Part shown: positions 1-11,946 of the stretch, piece after piece
Position numbering within the stretch: the stretch's first letter is position 1
Layout of the letters: each line of letters begins with the position of its first letter
NCBI GenBank assembly: GCA_951406725.2
Contig: OX597821.1
Span: forward strand, 101,370,001-101,434,000
Direction of reading: 5' to 3'
From: Octopus vulgaris
Lineage: Eukaryota
DNA: 64,000 bases
The notes under the pieces: generated by a model
What the model saw: the letters and a program-made list of their open reading frames with translations, nothing else
What the model was told of the DNA's origin: nothing
Database searches by the model: none
Program-made: the position numbers and the translations under genes

Positions 1-956
1 GAAAATCGTTCTTGTTGCTAAGAGAAATAATTATCGAAATACGACAATTGATAATCTGTTATTCTAACTAAACCATTCATTGACAGTCTAATTTGATCTG
101 AACCATTCATTGGAATAAAATTCTACTTTGGTCAAACTGAAAAGAAAAATTACTTTAGCAGTCATGACTGTTTAGTATTTTCTTGCAGACTATGCTGACA
201 TTTTTGTGTAAAACATCAATTATAGCTACAAATATTACTATAAATATCAATAAGATTAGAAATCAATATTAAAAATTCAAAGGAAATGGATTTCATTGTG
301 AACTTGTATTCAATTGGTTTCTCTACAAAAATCAAAATGTCAAGATGTGGGACAACTTTATTTGTTTCTATACAATGTCATTGTTCTTTAAGTAGTGTAT
401 ATAATCTATAGATTTTAATATTGTTGGCTTTATAATTCTTATGCCATTTTAAATTTAATTGTTAGCAATTTCATAATCCCTGTATTTCATCTAACAATGA
501 AGTTGTAGGCTGCAACCAATATTGATGAAGCAAATTATTTTAATCCAAAATTTTATGTTTTTGTTTTGTTTTCTTTTTTAAATATATTGTTGATAAAATG
601 CATTTTGTAAGCTTTATTTTGAAAATTGCATTCAGATTTCTTTTTTTTTTTACCTTCATAAAAAATAATTATCAAATTAATAACTTGCAACTATTGTTAT
701 AGTTTAGTTTCATTGTTGAATTTATAAACAACATTTTTCTTCTTTTTTTTTTTAATTCTATAATAATCTGGTAGAAATCAATTAGTCATATTGTGTGTGA
801 AAGGTCTTCTTTAATGTCAAGTTAGATATCATTTCGACATGAATCTTCATATAGAAAATGTATTGATTAAAAAAAAATTCTGATAAAGAGATAGTTTTCC
901 CTTATTTATTTCTTAGAGTTAGAAACTAATATCCTTATTTTTATTAGGTTTACAAA

Positions 957-1056
957 TGTGTTAGCTAGCTAAGCCTATATAATTTTATTGTGTTAGCTAG
1001 CTAAGCCTATATAATTTTATATCTATGCATCCTCTTAGTAAGAGGATGCATAGATA
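957..1056. repeat. Exact 32-bp tandem duplication followed by an 18-bp perfect palindrome
   Basis: tgtgttagctagctaagcctatataattttat twice (957-988, 989-1020), then tatctatgcatcctctta-g-taagaggatgcatagata (1020-1056). Confidence 0.92.
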
Positions 1057-1514
1057 ACTTGGTAAATTGTATGCATCATTTTGATTATAATTATTGAAGA
1101 GATATTTATAAATCATAAAGTATCAAACATTTTTCCAAAAGCTTATGCAATAGAAAGTTGCACTTATAATTTGCTGTATTTTCTCTGAGAGAAAATGCAC
1201 CTAACTCATCTTTTTTAATTTGTCCCTTATTATTTAAAGGTTCTTTTTCAAGTGGTAGACGAAATTGCATTCAGTATATCAAAATAGATTTAGGCTTACA
1301 GCAGAATTAGCTTTTACTGGTTGAAGGTTTTAGTAAATCTGTCACTATTTTTATTGCCTTTCTTTTTCTTTCTGTCTTTATATTTTTCTTTTCATCACTC
1401 AGTCTATTGTAATATATGTATGTAATATTCCTTTTTCTAAAACATGTGAAGAAAAAATAAACTTTGTCCAAAATAAAACACAACCTCCCGGCCGACGCAG
1501 GCGATAGCATTTTA

Positions 1515-1760
1515 GGAGGCGCAATGGCCCAGTGGTTAGGGCAGCGGACTTGCGGTCGGAGGATCGCGGTTTCGATTCCCAGACCGGGCGTTGTGTGTGT
1601 TTATTGAGCGAAAACACCTAAAAGCTCCACGAGGCTCCGGCAGGGGATGGTGGTGATCCCTGCTGTACTCTTTCACCACTCTAAAGGCGGTGCTCCAGCA
1701 TGGCCGCAGTCAAATGACTGAAACAAGTACCAAAAAAAAAAAAAAAAACCAAAAAAAAAC
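1515..1760 (+). mobile_element. tRNA-derived SINE, chimeric (family A head, family B tail, poly-A)
   Basis: tRNA-like head with A box (tggcccagtgg) and B-box-like ggtttcgattccc, matching 4351 onward. From about 1681 it switches to ctaaaggcggtgctccagcatggccgcagtcaaatgactgaaacaag, the family B tail. Confidence 0.85.
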
Positions 1761-2881
1761 CTTAATTTTTTCCTTGCATCACATATGTGAATTCAGTGAA
1801 TAAATTAGATATGGTCACTTTTTGTTTTGTATCTCCAAATAAATTACTTGAAAATCATCTTGATCTGAGGATAGCATGTGACAGTCAGACAGCGAAACAT
1901 AGCTCTTTATAATATAGATTTATGAAAATATGTCATATTGTCTTGAAAATGTTTGCATGGATTTTACAAGTTATATCGCTTAGATATTACTTGGCACATA
2001 TATCAATGTATGTTCCATATTACTAAGTTTCTTGATAGTTTTGAGTTTGGCTCTGTCTGATAACATTCAAATGACCCCATTTTGCTAAATACATAATTTC
2101 ATTCACGGCTATATTTCTTGTGATAATTAATTTAAAAGGAGGCTTGTTTGTTAAGATAAATTCAATCATGTAACAAATACGGGCAGATCAATATAGAGTT
2201 ATGAAGGATTTATTTGAAATCAAAAGTCTATTATTAGAAGTATTGGATGTCTGCCATTTCAGATGAAAGAACAATTTTAAGAATGGAAGTTAAATTAGAA
2301 TGGAACTATTATTCTCTCTCATTAAAATAGAACACAAATTTAATAGTTAAGATTGAAATGAAATTGTGAGCAGTTATGAAAAGATATTCCAATTCCTCTG
2401 TGAAAAGCATTTTATTTCATTATTAAATTCTCTTTCACCCTGTAATCTCCCATTTTGCATATGTAATAATTTCTTTTAAACTAATTTTATCATTATGTAA
2501 ACCCGAATGTTTTTGTTGGTATCCATAGATTACACTATCAGCAACCAAAATTTAATTTCACCATTGTTCATAAATATTTACACTAATCAATGTAACCAGA
2601 CAGAAAAACATATCTTATTTAATCTGATAAACATACACAAAACTTCTTTCCATTTTCCTTTGTATTAAATATATATATATATATAAAGCACAGTACTTTG
2701 ATACTGTCTTGACAGGGATCCTCATTGACAGGTGACTAGTATTGCCATCATAGCCACTTGAAATCTACTAATTTGGCTTGTCAAGTGTTGTAATGTCACT
2801 TGGTGTAGTAATTGGCATGACTAAAGAGTTTACAGCAGACACAATGTTCCAATCCTGCTGACAATATTACAACCATTTGCA

Positions 2882-3090
2882 AGGTGGCATAATCATTAGC
2901 ACATCAGTCAAAATGCTTAGTGGCATTTCATCTATCTTTACATTCTGAGTTTTAATTCCTCCAGGGTCAACTTTGCCTTTCATCCTTTTGGAGTTGATAA
3001 AATAAGTAGTATTTGAACACTGGGGTTGATTTAATTGACTTCACTCCTCCCCCAAAACTGCTAGCCTTGTGCCAAAATTTGAAAACAATA
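2882..3090 (+). mobile_element. SINE family E (core gtcaactttgcctttcatccttttggagttgataaaataagta)
   Basis: The same core recurs in reverse at about 13965-14130, 27930-28040 and 59915-60120. Confidence 0.75.
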
Positions 3091-3259
3091 TTACAATTAT
3101 TTTGCGTATATATAGCTAGCTCCTGCAGAGGGCTAATTCCATATATATAGCTAGCTCCAGTGGAGGGCTAATTGGGTTTGTGGCCCAAAACTAAAGAGAA
3201 TAAATAGCATGACTATAATACATTTCTTTGCCCTGGTGGTGTATGTATGTGTGTATACA

Positions 3260-3295
<36 letters not shown>

Positions 3296-3332
3296 TATAA
3301 CCAAGAAAAAAGTAACAAGAATGGATTAGTAG

Positions 3333-3409
3333 TTTAATACAATTGTTTCATACTAAGAACAATTTTATTTAAAGCTGCAAATACAAATGTCCAGTATTCA
3401 TCAGCTAAA
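3333..3409 (-). ncRNA. Minimal type-I hammerhead ribozyme motif
   Basis: Minus strand reads UUUAG-CUGAUGA-AUACUGG...UUAGUAU-GAAA-C-AAUU-G-UA-UUAAA: complete core, stem I 5 bp, stem II about 7 bp, palindromic mini stem III, GUA cleavage triplet. Confidence 0.7.
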
Positions 3410-3572
3410 TCACATATTTGTTTTCCAGACGTCCTAGAGAGTTTGCGTTTTTCTTGGTTATAATCACCCCACATTATTTTATGGTTAATACCATAAAGAA
3501 TTCTGGGCATCTAAGTTAAGTACCATATTCATTTGAATTCATTGGAATTCACTTGAATCTTAATTGTTTTTG

Positions 3573-3575
<3 letters not shown>

Positions 3576-3623
<48 letters not shown>

Positions 3624-3690
3624 ATATACATACATACATATATATATATACATACATACATATATATTTTTATATATACATACATACATA

Positions 3691-3739
<49 letters not shown>

Positions 3740-3756
3740 TGTATGTATGTATATAT
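3576..3756. repeat. (TA)n/(TACA)n compound microsatellite
   Basis: Seen directly; source of several spurious YIYI ORFs. Confidence 0.95.
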
Positions 3757-3840
3757 TACTTGTTTCGGTTATTTGACTGCGGCCATACTGGAACACCGCC
3801 TTTTACAAACATGAATCTCGTGAGATATATATATATATAC

Positions 3841-4030
3841 CTGTGCCGGGGGTACGTAAAAAGCACCCACTGTACTCACGGAGTGGTTGGCGTTAGGGAG
3901 GGCATCCAGCTGTAGAAACACTGCCAGATCAGACTGGAGCCTGGTGCAGCCTCCTGGCTTCCAAGACCCCAGTCGAACCATCCAACACATGCTAGCAGGG
4001 AAAAACGGACGTTAAACGATGATGATGACA
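3841..4030 (+). mobile_element. Family C retroposon 3' portion with (GAT)n tail
   Basis: gtaaaaagcaccc...gggcatccagctgtagaaac...ggacgttaaacgatgatgatg; near-identical to 17375-17692 and the reverse of 62659-62935. Confidence 0.85.
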
Positions 4031-4291
4031 ATGATATATTTATGATTTTCCATAGGCATAGCAATACTAATAACCAGTTGTTAAAACTCAGTGTACATAT
4101 GATCTTATAGTAAAGCATCCCCAGATGTTTTACTCTAAATATCAATTAACGGATGAAAAAAGTACAGGAATTATGTAACCACCTTCTTTAACTTACAGCT
4201 GTTTCTGCTTTTAGAATCATTACATTCGAAGCCGAGTGCTTGTCCAACATCTGTTCTTTTGTCATTCATTAATTCACACACACACACACAC

Positions 4292-4335
<44 letters not shown>

Positions 4336-4350
4336 TATATATATATATGT

Positions 4351-4657
4351 GGAGGCGCAATGGCCCAGTGGTTAGGGCAGCGGACTCGCGGTTGTAGGAT
4401 CGCGGTTTCAATTCCCAGACTGGGCTTTGTGAGTGTTTGAGCAAAAACACCTAAAGCTCCACGCGGCTCCGGCAGGGGGTGGTGGTGATTCCTGCTGTAC
4501 TCTTTCGCCACAGCTTTCTCTCACTCTTTCTTCTGTTGGCCTGCTCGCTTAGCCAGCAGGGTGGCGTTATTTGAAGGCTAAAACAATGCGAAGTGCATTG
4601 TGACCAGCGATGTGTAGCAACATCTGATAGCTTGGTCGGTCACGGTGATCATGGAGA
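4351..4657 (+). mobile_element. Apparently full-length tRNA-derived SINE family A in a (TA)n tract
   Basis: Head matches 1515-1680. Its 3' part recurs in reverse at 48721-48845. Flanked on both sides by (TA)n. Confidence 0.85.
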
Positions 4658-4898
4658 TATATATATATATATGTGACAGTTGAAGGTCAAATGGGCAGTG
4701 ATGAAGATGGTACAATCAGTACAGGTAGTGAAGAAATGAGAGATGGAACATTGTGAATAATAAAGGAACAGGCAAAGAATGTGATGAACATTATGTGAGT
4801 GGGAGCTTTTATGACTCCATTACAAATATATGCTGTATATACAAAATATACATTATATGTGTGTGTGTATACCATATACACATACGCACATATATGTG

Positions 4899-4945
<47 letters not shown>

Positions 4946-5870
4946 TTTTATAAATATGTGTGTGTGTGCATGATGCAAAATGACTGAGAAAGTATATGGG
5001 AGGCAAGAGAAATTATATATGAGGGATGAACATTAGGTAAATCTGAAGAGAGCTTAAAGAAAGATTGAAGGGGAAATGGCAGATTTTGATGTGACTGCAT
5101 TTACCTCACACAAACGCTATGAGTGAGCTATTACTCCATTACAAATTTCAGCTTTTCTATTTTCCTCTCTTCTAACTTACACCTTTTTATACTTCAAAGG
5201 GACTTTGTACATTATTCCAAGCTGCAACTGAATATCCCTGTGAAATTTGTTAAAAATTCATTGAGAAAAGGCAATATTGTTTCAAAGCAAACAGACAAAC
5301 ATTGCAGCTTGTAGATATGTGTGATGTTGCTGAGTGTGTTTAAGAGAGGGGGGGTATGTATGTTTATATATTCATACAGATTTTATAGAATGTTTTCTTA
5401 CCACACACACACACACATGCATATGTATTTGTGTGTATCATCATCACTTATATCCATATTCCATGCTGGCTTGGATTGGACAGTTCAACAGGATTTCCAT
5501 AGGATCCAACTAGCCTTATTGGTGTGTTATTCTCCAGTGTCTGCTTAGGCAAGGCTTCTACTGCTGGTTGCCCTTCCTAATAACAACTACTTTACAGTAT
5601 GAGCAGTAGATGGGGTGGGGCTTGTATGTAGTAAATGTCAGTTTCAAGAAGAAATAACGATGACATGAAGGCCAGAGATGTGTATTTGAGATGAGGTCAA
5701 GAGGTATAAATGTAGAAAGCCCACATACAACTAAGTTCACACTTGTTTCTATGTGTGTGTATTGTTTACATTTAGTTCATAATTTTAGAAGTACTAAGAA
5801 ATATGAAAATAAGTCTTTTTTTCAAAGTATCTCAAATACAAATGTAGCTATTAATAGTAACACATAATAC

Positions 5871-6391
5871 ATTCTTTTACTCTTTTACTTGTTTCAATCA
5901 TTGCCCATGCTGGAGCACTGCCTTTAGTCAAGCAAATCGACCCCAGGACTTATTCTTTGTAAGCCTAGTACTTATTCTATCGGTCACTTTTGCCAAACCA
6001 CTAAGTTACGGTGACGTAAACACACAAGCATCAGTTGTCGAGCGATGTTAGGAGGACAGACACAGAAGCATAGACACACACACACACATATATAGATATA
6101 TATATATTCTTTGTAAGCCTACTACTTATTCTATCGGTCTCTTTTGCCGAACCACTTAGTTATGGTTGTCGAGCGATGTTGGGAGGACAAACATATACAC
6201 ACACACACACACATATATATACATATATACGACGGGCTTCTTTCAGTTTCCGTCTACCAAATTCACTAACAAGGCTTTGGTCAACCCGAGGCTATAGTAG
6301 AAGACACTTGCCCAAGGTGCCACACAGTGGGACTGAACCCGAAACCGTGTGGTTGGTAAACAAGCTACTTACCACACAGCCACTCCTACGC
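5871..6391 (-). mobile_element. SINE family B with internal duplication
   Basis: Reverse complement of 7055-7437. The segment tattctttgtaagccta...cttattctatcggtc occurs twice (about 5952 and 6105). Confidence 0.88.
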
Positions 6392-7054
6392 ATTGTGTAG
6401 AAAAAAAATACCGTGTCAGAAAAAGATGGGCAACCACCCATGGATTCAGACTACACATCTATCATAACTTAAACAATCATGATAACATTACACCAAAGTG
6501 ACTCTCTGATTTTCAACCACCGAAAATTATATGCTTTAAATCTTACAAACAAGAAAGGAAGTCTTGTTTGCATTTCTTATTTCTCATTGCTTCTAAACTT
6601 ACAATCTATTATATATACACATACACAAAATATTATGCTAAAGCAAATAAATTTTCAGTCAGAGAAACTTGATAGTGTTAACTCAGTATCAACTTTATAT
6701 GTTAATGTAAATTACTGCACCCCATTTAAACATACACAGAAGGGTATGTGCAGACACATACATAAAAACACACATAGTAACACACTGTCATAGCTATATA
6801 GACTATTGCATACACACACAGACACACACACACAATCTGGCACCCTATAGACCCACAGTTACACATGCTGGCATTTACACACAGGCCTATACACATATAG
6901 AGACAACCACAGTTTACTAGAAGCAAAACTTATATATTGATAGGTACTAAACTGAAATAACTAAACCTACAAGATGCTCCAGTTTGGTCTCAGTAAAATT
7001 ATAAAAGTGTGTGAGGTAAGGTGCTTATGTATATATATATATATATATATATAA

Positions 7055-7437
7055 GCTGTGTGGTAAGTAGCTTACTTACGAACCACATGGTTCCAGGTTC
7101 AGTCCCACTGCATGGCTCCTTGGGCAAGTGTCTTCTACTATAGTCTCGGGCCGACCAAAGCCTTGTGAGTGGATTAGATAGACGGAAACTGAAAGAAGCC
7201 CGTTGTATATATGTGTGTATATATATATGTGTGTATGTTTGTGTGTCTCTGTTTGTTCCCCCAACACCACTTGACAACCGATGCTGGTGTGTTTACGTCC
7301 CCATAACTTAGCAGTTCGGCAAAAGAGACCGATAGGATAAGTACTAGGCTTACAAAGAATAAGTCCTGGGGTTGATTTGCTCGATTAAAGGTGGTACTCC
7401 AGCATGGCCACAGTCACATGACTGAAACAAATAAAAG
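7055..7437 (+). mobile_element. SINE family B (tRNA-like head, ccttgggcaagtgtcttctactatag core, internal TA/TG tract)
   Basis: Colinear with the copies at 30961-31345 and 49199-49560. Confidence 0.9.
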
Positions 7438-7659
7438 ACACACACATGCATTGTCTATATGTACAAGCCGACACATAAACAAGAAGGTTATGGTAGATGA
7501 CGCTTGTCCAAGGGGCCATATAGTGGGATCGAGCCCTGGTTCTCATGATTGAGAAACTAACTCATAACCACTTGACCGTGCACCTATAAATGAGTCTGTG
7601 CGTGCATGTGCAGGGGAGGAGTGGCAAAAACATACTGAATTCATTGTTAATTTTGGCAG

Positions 7660-7968
7660 ATTATAAGTGGGGAAATATGTTTCTGCATATTTACTATAGA
7701 GACAGCAATCTTTGGCAGCAATACCTGTTTCACCTAATGACTGAAATGAAAACATATTACAGCTGCAATCTGTTTGGAAACAGCCATAGTATTTGATTTT
7801 GAAGTGAAGTGCCAGAATATAGATATGATCCTAAAAATATCTCCATATTCATGGATTAAGATAGAATATCTTGTAGAAACAACTTGTGCATAAATATACT
7901 ATTTCTAACATATATTGGGAATGTTAAAAAAAACCTAACACGAATGAACCATTTCAATGTAGTACATG
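7660..7968 (+). pseudogene. Decayed C2H2 zinc-finger fragment
   Basis: Allowing frameshifts: YK(C)EICFCIFT..DSNLWQ(H)YLFH, then KTYYSCNL(C)GNS and NEPFQCST(C). F and L fall at the C2H2 core positions. Confidence 0.35.
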
Positions 7969-8111
7969 GTCTTTTGTAACTAATAATGCAAGGAATTATT
8001 ACTAAAGATTATTGATTTCGTAACATTTACCAAACTGGTAAGAGAACCTGTATGTGATGACTTGACTTGCTAGGAAGAGCAACCAGATCTCACAAATCAG
8101 ACCCTATTGTC

Positions 8112-8361
8112 TTAACCCTTTAAATGGGAAATAAAGTTTCATTGTTATTCTTGTAATGATGTTAAATATCTACCAAAAAAATAGAATTGATATTTTCTGC
8201 AAGTCATGTTGCCTCAATAAACTTGAGATATCTCAACAAAAAATTGTTTCAAACATGACATTCCTCAACAAAAGACAAACTGATATATAAAACTGCTTTC
8301 CACAGTCAAGGGTAATGAAATTTTGATTGGATGTATCTGCTTTTTGCTTTAAAGGGGTTAA
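8112..8361. mobile_element. piggyBac-type MITE
   Basis: TTAA-CCCTTTAAA ... TTTAAAGGGG-TTAA termini; TTAA target with CCC/GGG ends is piggyBac-like. Confidence 0.6.
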
Positions 8362-9126
8362 AAAATGGAAGGAGAATTTAAAGAAAGTAGTCTTTGGTAC
8401 TAGGTTTCTGTATTTAGTTTGCAAGATTCTTGATGTAAACTCTTGTGTTGAAACAGATTTTGTTGTATGTTAGGAGGTTGATTATGCCAATAATAAATGC
8501 ATGCCAGTGTGTGTGTGTTTCTTATTAGCATAATGACCCTTCCAAAATACAACAGTCTTAGATACTCTGTCTGGAAACAAAGGACAGGGTGATCATAGAT
8601 GGAATGCCTTTGATCTTAGGTATGTTTGATGAAACCTGAACAACAACAACAACTTAGGTTGAAGAAATTTAAAGAATTATTGTCTCTATTAAAAAGTGGG
8701 GAGTTTACTTTATAAGAACTAAATGCCCTTATCAGAAATAATATTAAAGCTTGTAAATGCTTGAAGTTGTGAAACTCAAACTGAATGTAAATGAACTGAG
8801 ATGTTGGTTTTTGAAAGCAAGGAAGCTAAGTACACTGGTAAGGGAATAACTGACTGAATCATGTGTCTGATGTACAGAAAAGCTACAAAATGGAAGTGAA
8901 GTCAGGGAGTTACATTAAATAGATAAAGGTTGACAAAACATGGGAAGACCTTCTGGAATGAGACATTCGAAAGGTTCACAAGAAAATTTTTTAAGACGTA
9001 TCAGAAAAATATCCTATATTGTTTTGTGACAAGGTCCTTAATCATGGTGATTGTTGGAGGGGATGCTGTTTTTGATAAACTGTAAAGAAAACAAAAATTA
9101 TTTTTTATGTATTTTATCTTGTAGCT

Positions 9127-9500
9127 GTTACTCGTTTCAGTCATTGGACTGCGAACATGCTTGAGCACTGCCTTGAAGGGTTCAGTTGAACAACTTGACT
9201 CCAGTACTTATTTCTCAAGCCTGCTACTTATTCTATTGGTTTTATTTGCTGAACCACAAAGTTAATGGTGATATAAACAAACCATTATGGTTGTCAAGTG
9301 GTGGGGTGGTGCAAACACAAAGACATACATATATATATATGTGATGGGCTTCCACATAGTTTCTGTCTCCCAAATTCACTCACACGGCATGGGTCAGTCC
9401 TCAGCTATAGTGAAGACACTCACACAAGATGCCCCAGAATGGAACTGAACCGAAAACTAAGTGGTTACAAGTGAGCTTCTTAACTACACAACTATGCCTG
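9127..9500 (-). mobile_element. Older SINE family B copy
   Basis: Diverged reverse complement of 7055-7437. Confidence 0.75.
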
Positions 9501-11711
9501 TATCTAGGAGCAAAAATTCTAAGTTTTTAAACAATGGCTTCTTCTTTTTATTGATGGTTCAAGCCCAAGTGAATGACAATCTTCTTCATTGTTCAAATGA
9601 CTTGCAGTGTTTGAAGATAAGGGAATTGGAATTGTATATAAAATGAATGTGAAGAATTATTGAATTCATAGAAATTAATTAAACAAGTTTACTTCTAGTA
9701 AATTTAGAAATTAATATTGTTGATCTATGATGTAGATAGCTGTATAGCATCCTTCTTAAAGTTAAGCATTAATGTAATGAGAATGATAATTAGTAACATA
9801 TGCCAAATGTATAAATAATTGGTAATATAGGAAAAAGAAGTTTTAAGTAAGCATTTACGAAAAGAATAAAAATAACAGAAATGCTCAGGCACAGAGTTGC
9901 TAATTTGATTGATTAAAAAGATTAAAGCTTCGACATATTTAAGAGAACAGTCACAGTAAAAATATCACAGGAATATTATCTACCATACAGATTGTGTATG
10001 TATGTATGTATGTAGAGAGAGAGAGAGATTATGTGAGTTTCTTATGTTTTAATGATGCTTACATCACTTGTGATTGAAACATGATGGACCTTACTTTCAA
10101 CATCAATTATATTGATAACAATTGTTTTTTGTTTTTTTTGAAAGGACTATAATTATTTTAAGTGTATGTATTTAACCCTTTTACTGCAGAAATCAAATAC
10201 ATCCAATCAAAATTTCCTCACCCATAACTGCAGAAAGCGGTTGTGTATCCCATTCTATCTTTTGATGAGAAATGTCATGCTTGGAAGTATTTTTTGTTGA
10301 GATATGTGAAGTTTATTGAGGTGATGTGACTTGCAGAAAATACCAATTCTGTTTGTTTAGTAAACATGTAATATCAATACTAGAACAACCATGAAACTTG
10401 ATTTCACAGTGAAAGAGTTAAAGTCAGCTTTACAACATTTGTACAGGAAATAAACAATCTTGATGCTGGTGGGTTAATTTCACTTGTGTAGACTTCTGAG
10501 GTACAAATGTTTATCCTTAGGAAAAATTCATAGTACACAGCTAATCCTAATAAGCAATGATTATAGGGTAACTTCTTTTTTTTTCTCTCATGTATATTCT
10601 TAAATTTATTGATTTCTGAAATGTATACCAGACAAATGTAACTTGTTTTGTATGCTGAAAAAAACAAAAACATTATTTGTATACTAGTAATATTACAGAA
10701 AATATATTAACATTATTCTTTATATTAGCAATTCTACAATAATATTTTACAATTATTGTTTATGTCTGTGTAATGACAATTTTCACTGTTATGCAGAAAT
10801 TACAAGCAAGAGATTGTTGATAGCATTTTAGAGGAATTTTGCAGTTTAAGAATTTGTTTGTTTTGGATGATGCACAACTATTCTAAAATAACTAGCATCA
10901 AATGTCCATTATTGTCAAGTAGTACTTTCATCTTGTCTTCAAAGATTTCAAGCTAAATTTTTTTTCTTTTCACTGCTCATGTAAACTAAGAGTTTTCTTC
11001 AAAAACAATCAAAATATCTGTAGCCGTAAGTGACAACATAGTAAAAGAAATACTTTATGAATGCTGTATGAATATGAAATATTTGTGTGTGTGTGCATAT
11101 ACAGACATTACATATATCTCACACACACACACACATGCATAATGTATATCCAGCTGTAGAAACCATGCCAAAGTAGACATTGAAGCAGAACACAGTTCTC
11201 CATCATGTCAGATTTTGAACCATCCAACCATGTATAGGTGTATATGTATGTATATATTTGTGTGCAAACCAAAACATGCTTGGACCTAATAACTTGAAAA
11301 GAAAAAGATTTATGTATGTATGTCTGTGTGCATGTACATGCATTCACACACAAACACAAAAATATAAATGGCTGTATGGTTTAGAAGTTTGTTTCTCAAC
11401 CATGTGATTGCAGGTTCACTTCTGTTGCTTGGTAAGTAGCCTTGGGCTACCAAATGCCATGCATGTAAATTGTTAATACAGAAATTATGACAACCACTGT
11501 GTGTGTGTGTGTGTTTACATTTTGCACTTCACTTGAAAAATCACTGAACTATAACTTTTGAAGTATGTTGTCATCTCTGACAACAAATCTAGCTCTGTGT
11601 TTTCACAGATGTCTGTCTGGGATAAAAGAAAAGTCTTTCTCTTGAAAAACAGGTAGTAGTTAAGAAGAGAAGCTTCAGTTGTAAAGCAATGTCTCAATAA
11701 TATGGTATGCA

Positions 11712-11946
11712 ACCATTTTTTGCTTCTAGACCCTTGATTCCTATTTTACATGAGTGGACCCTTTTAGCCATTCAATGTTTAAATAATCCTATTATTATAT
11801 TTTTATAATTAAATATTATAAGGAATTGTATAAAAATGTTAGAATTTTGTGTATTGTAGAAGTGTATCCAGTTTATTGTATATAGATTCTAACAAAATCA
11901 TATATGGGCCCCCAAGAGTCATGTGCACCCTGGATGAGAATCACTG
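11712..11946. mobile_element. hAT-like MITE (same family as 32734 and 36440)
   Basis: Shares gacccttgattcctatttt...cattcaatgtttaaa...tttttataattaaatatt; ends in gatgagaatcactg. Confidence 0.65.

Noticed and set aside
1515-1590. Possible tRNA gene (also at 4351)
   Set aside because: It continues into a SINE body shared by both copies and has no clean acceptor stem or terminator, so it is a SINE head.
4190-4275. Second hammerhead (minus strand GAAACAGCUGUA)
   Set aside because: The GAAA and palindromic stem III half is present, but there is no intact CUGANGA partner. At best a decayed relic.
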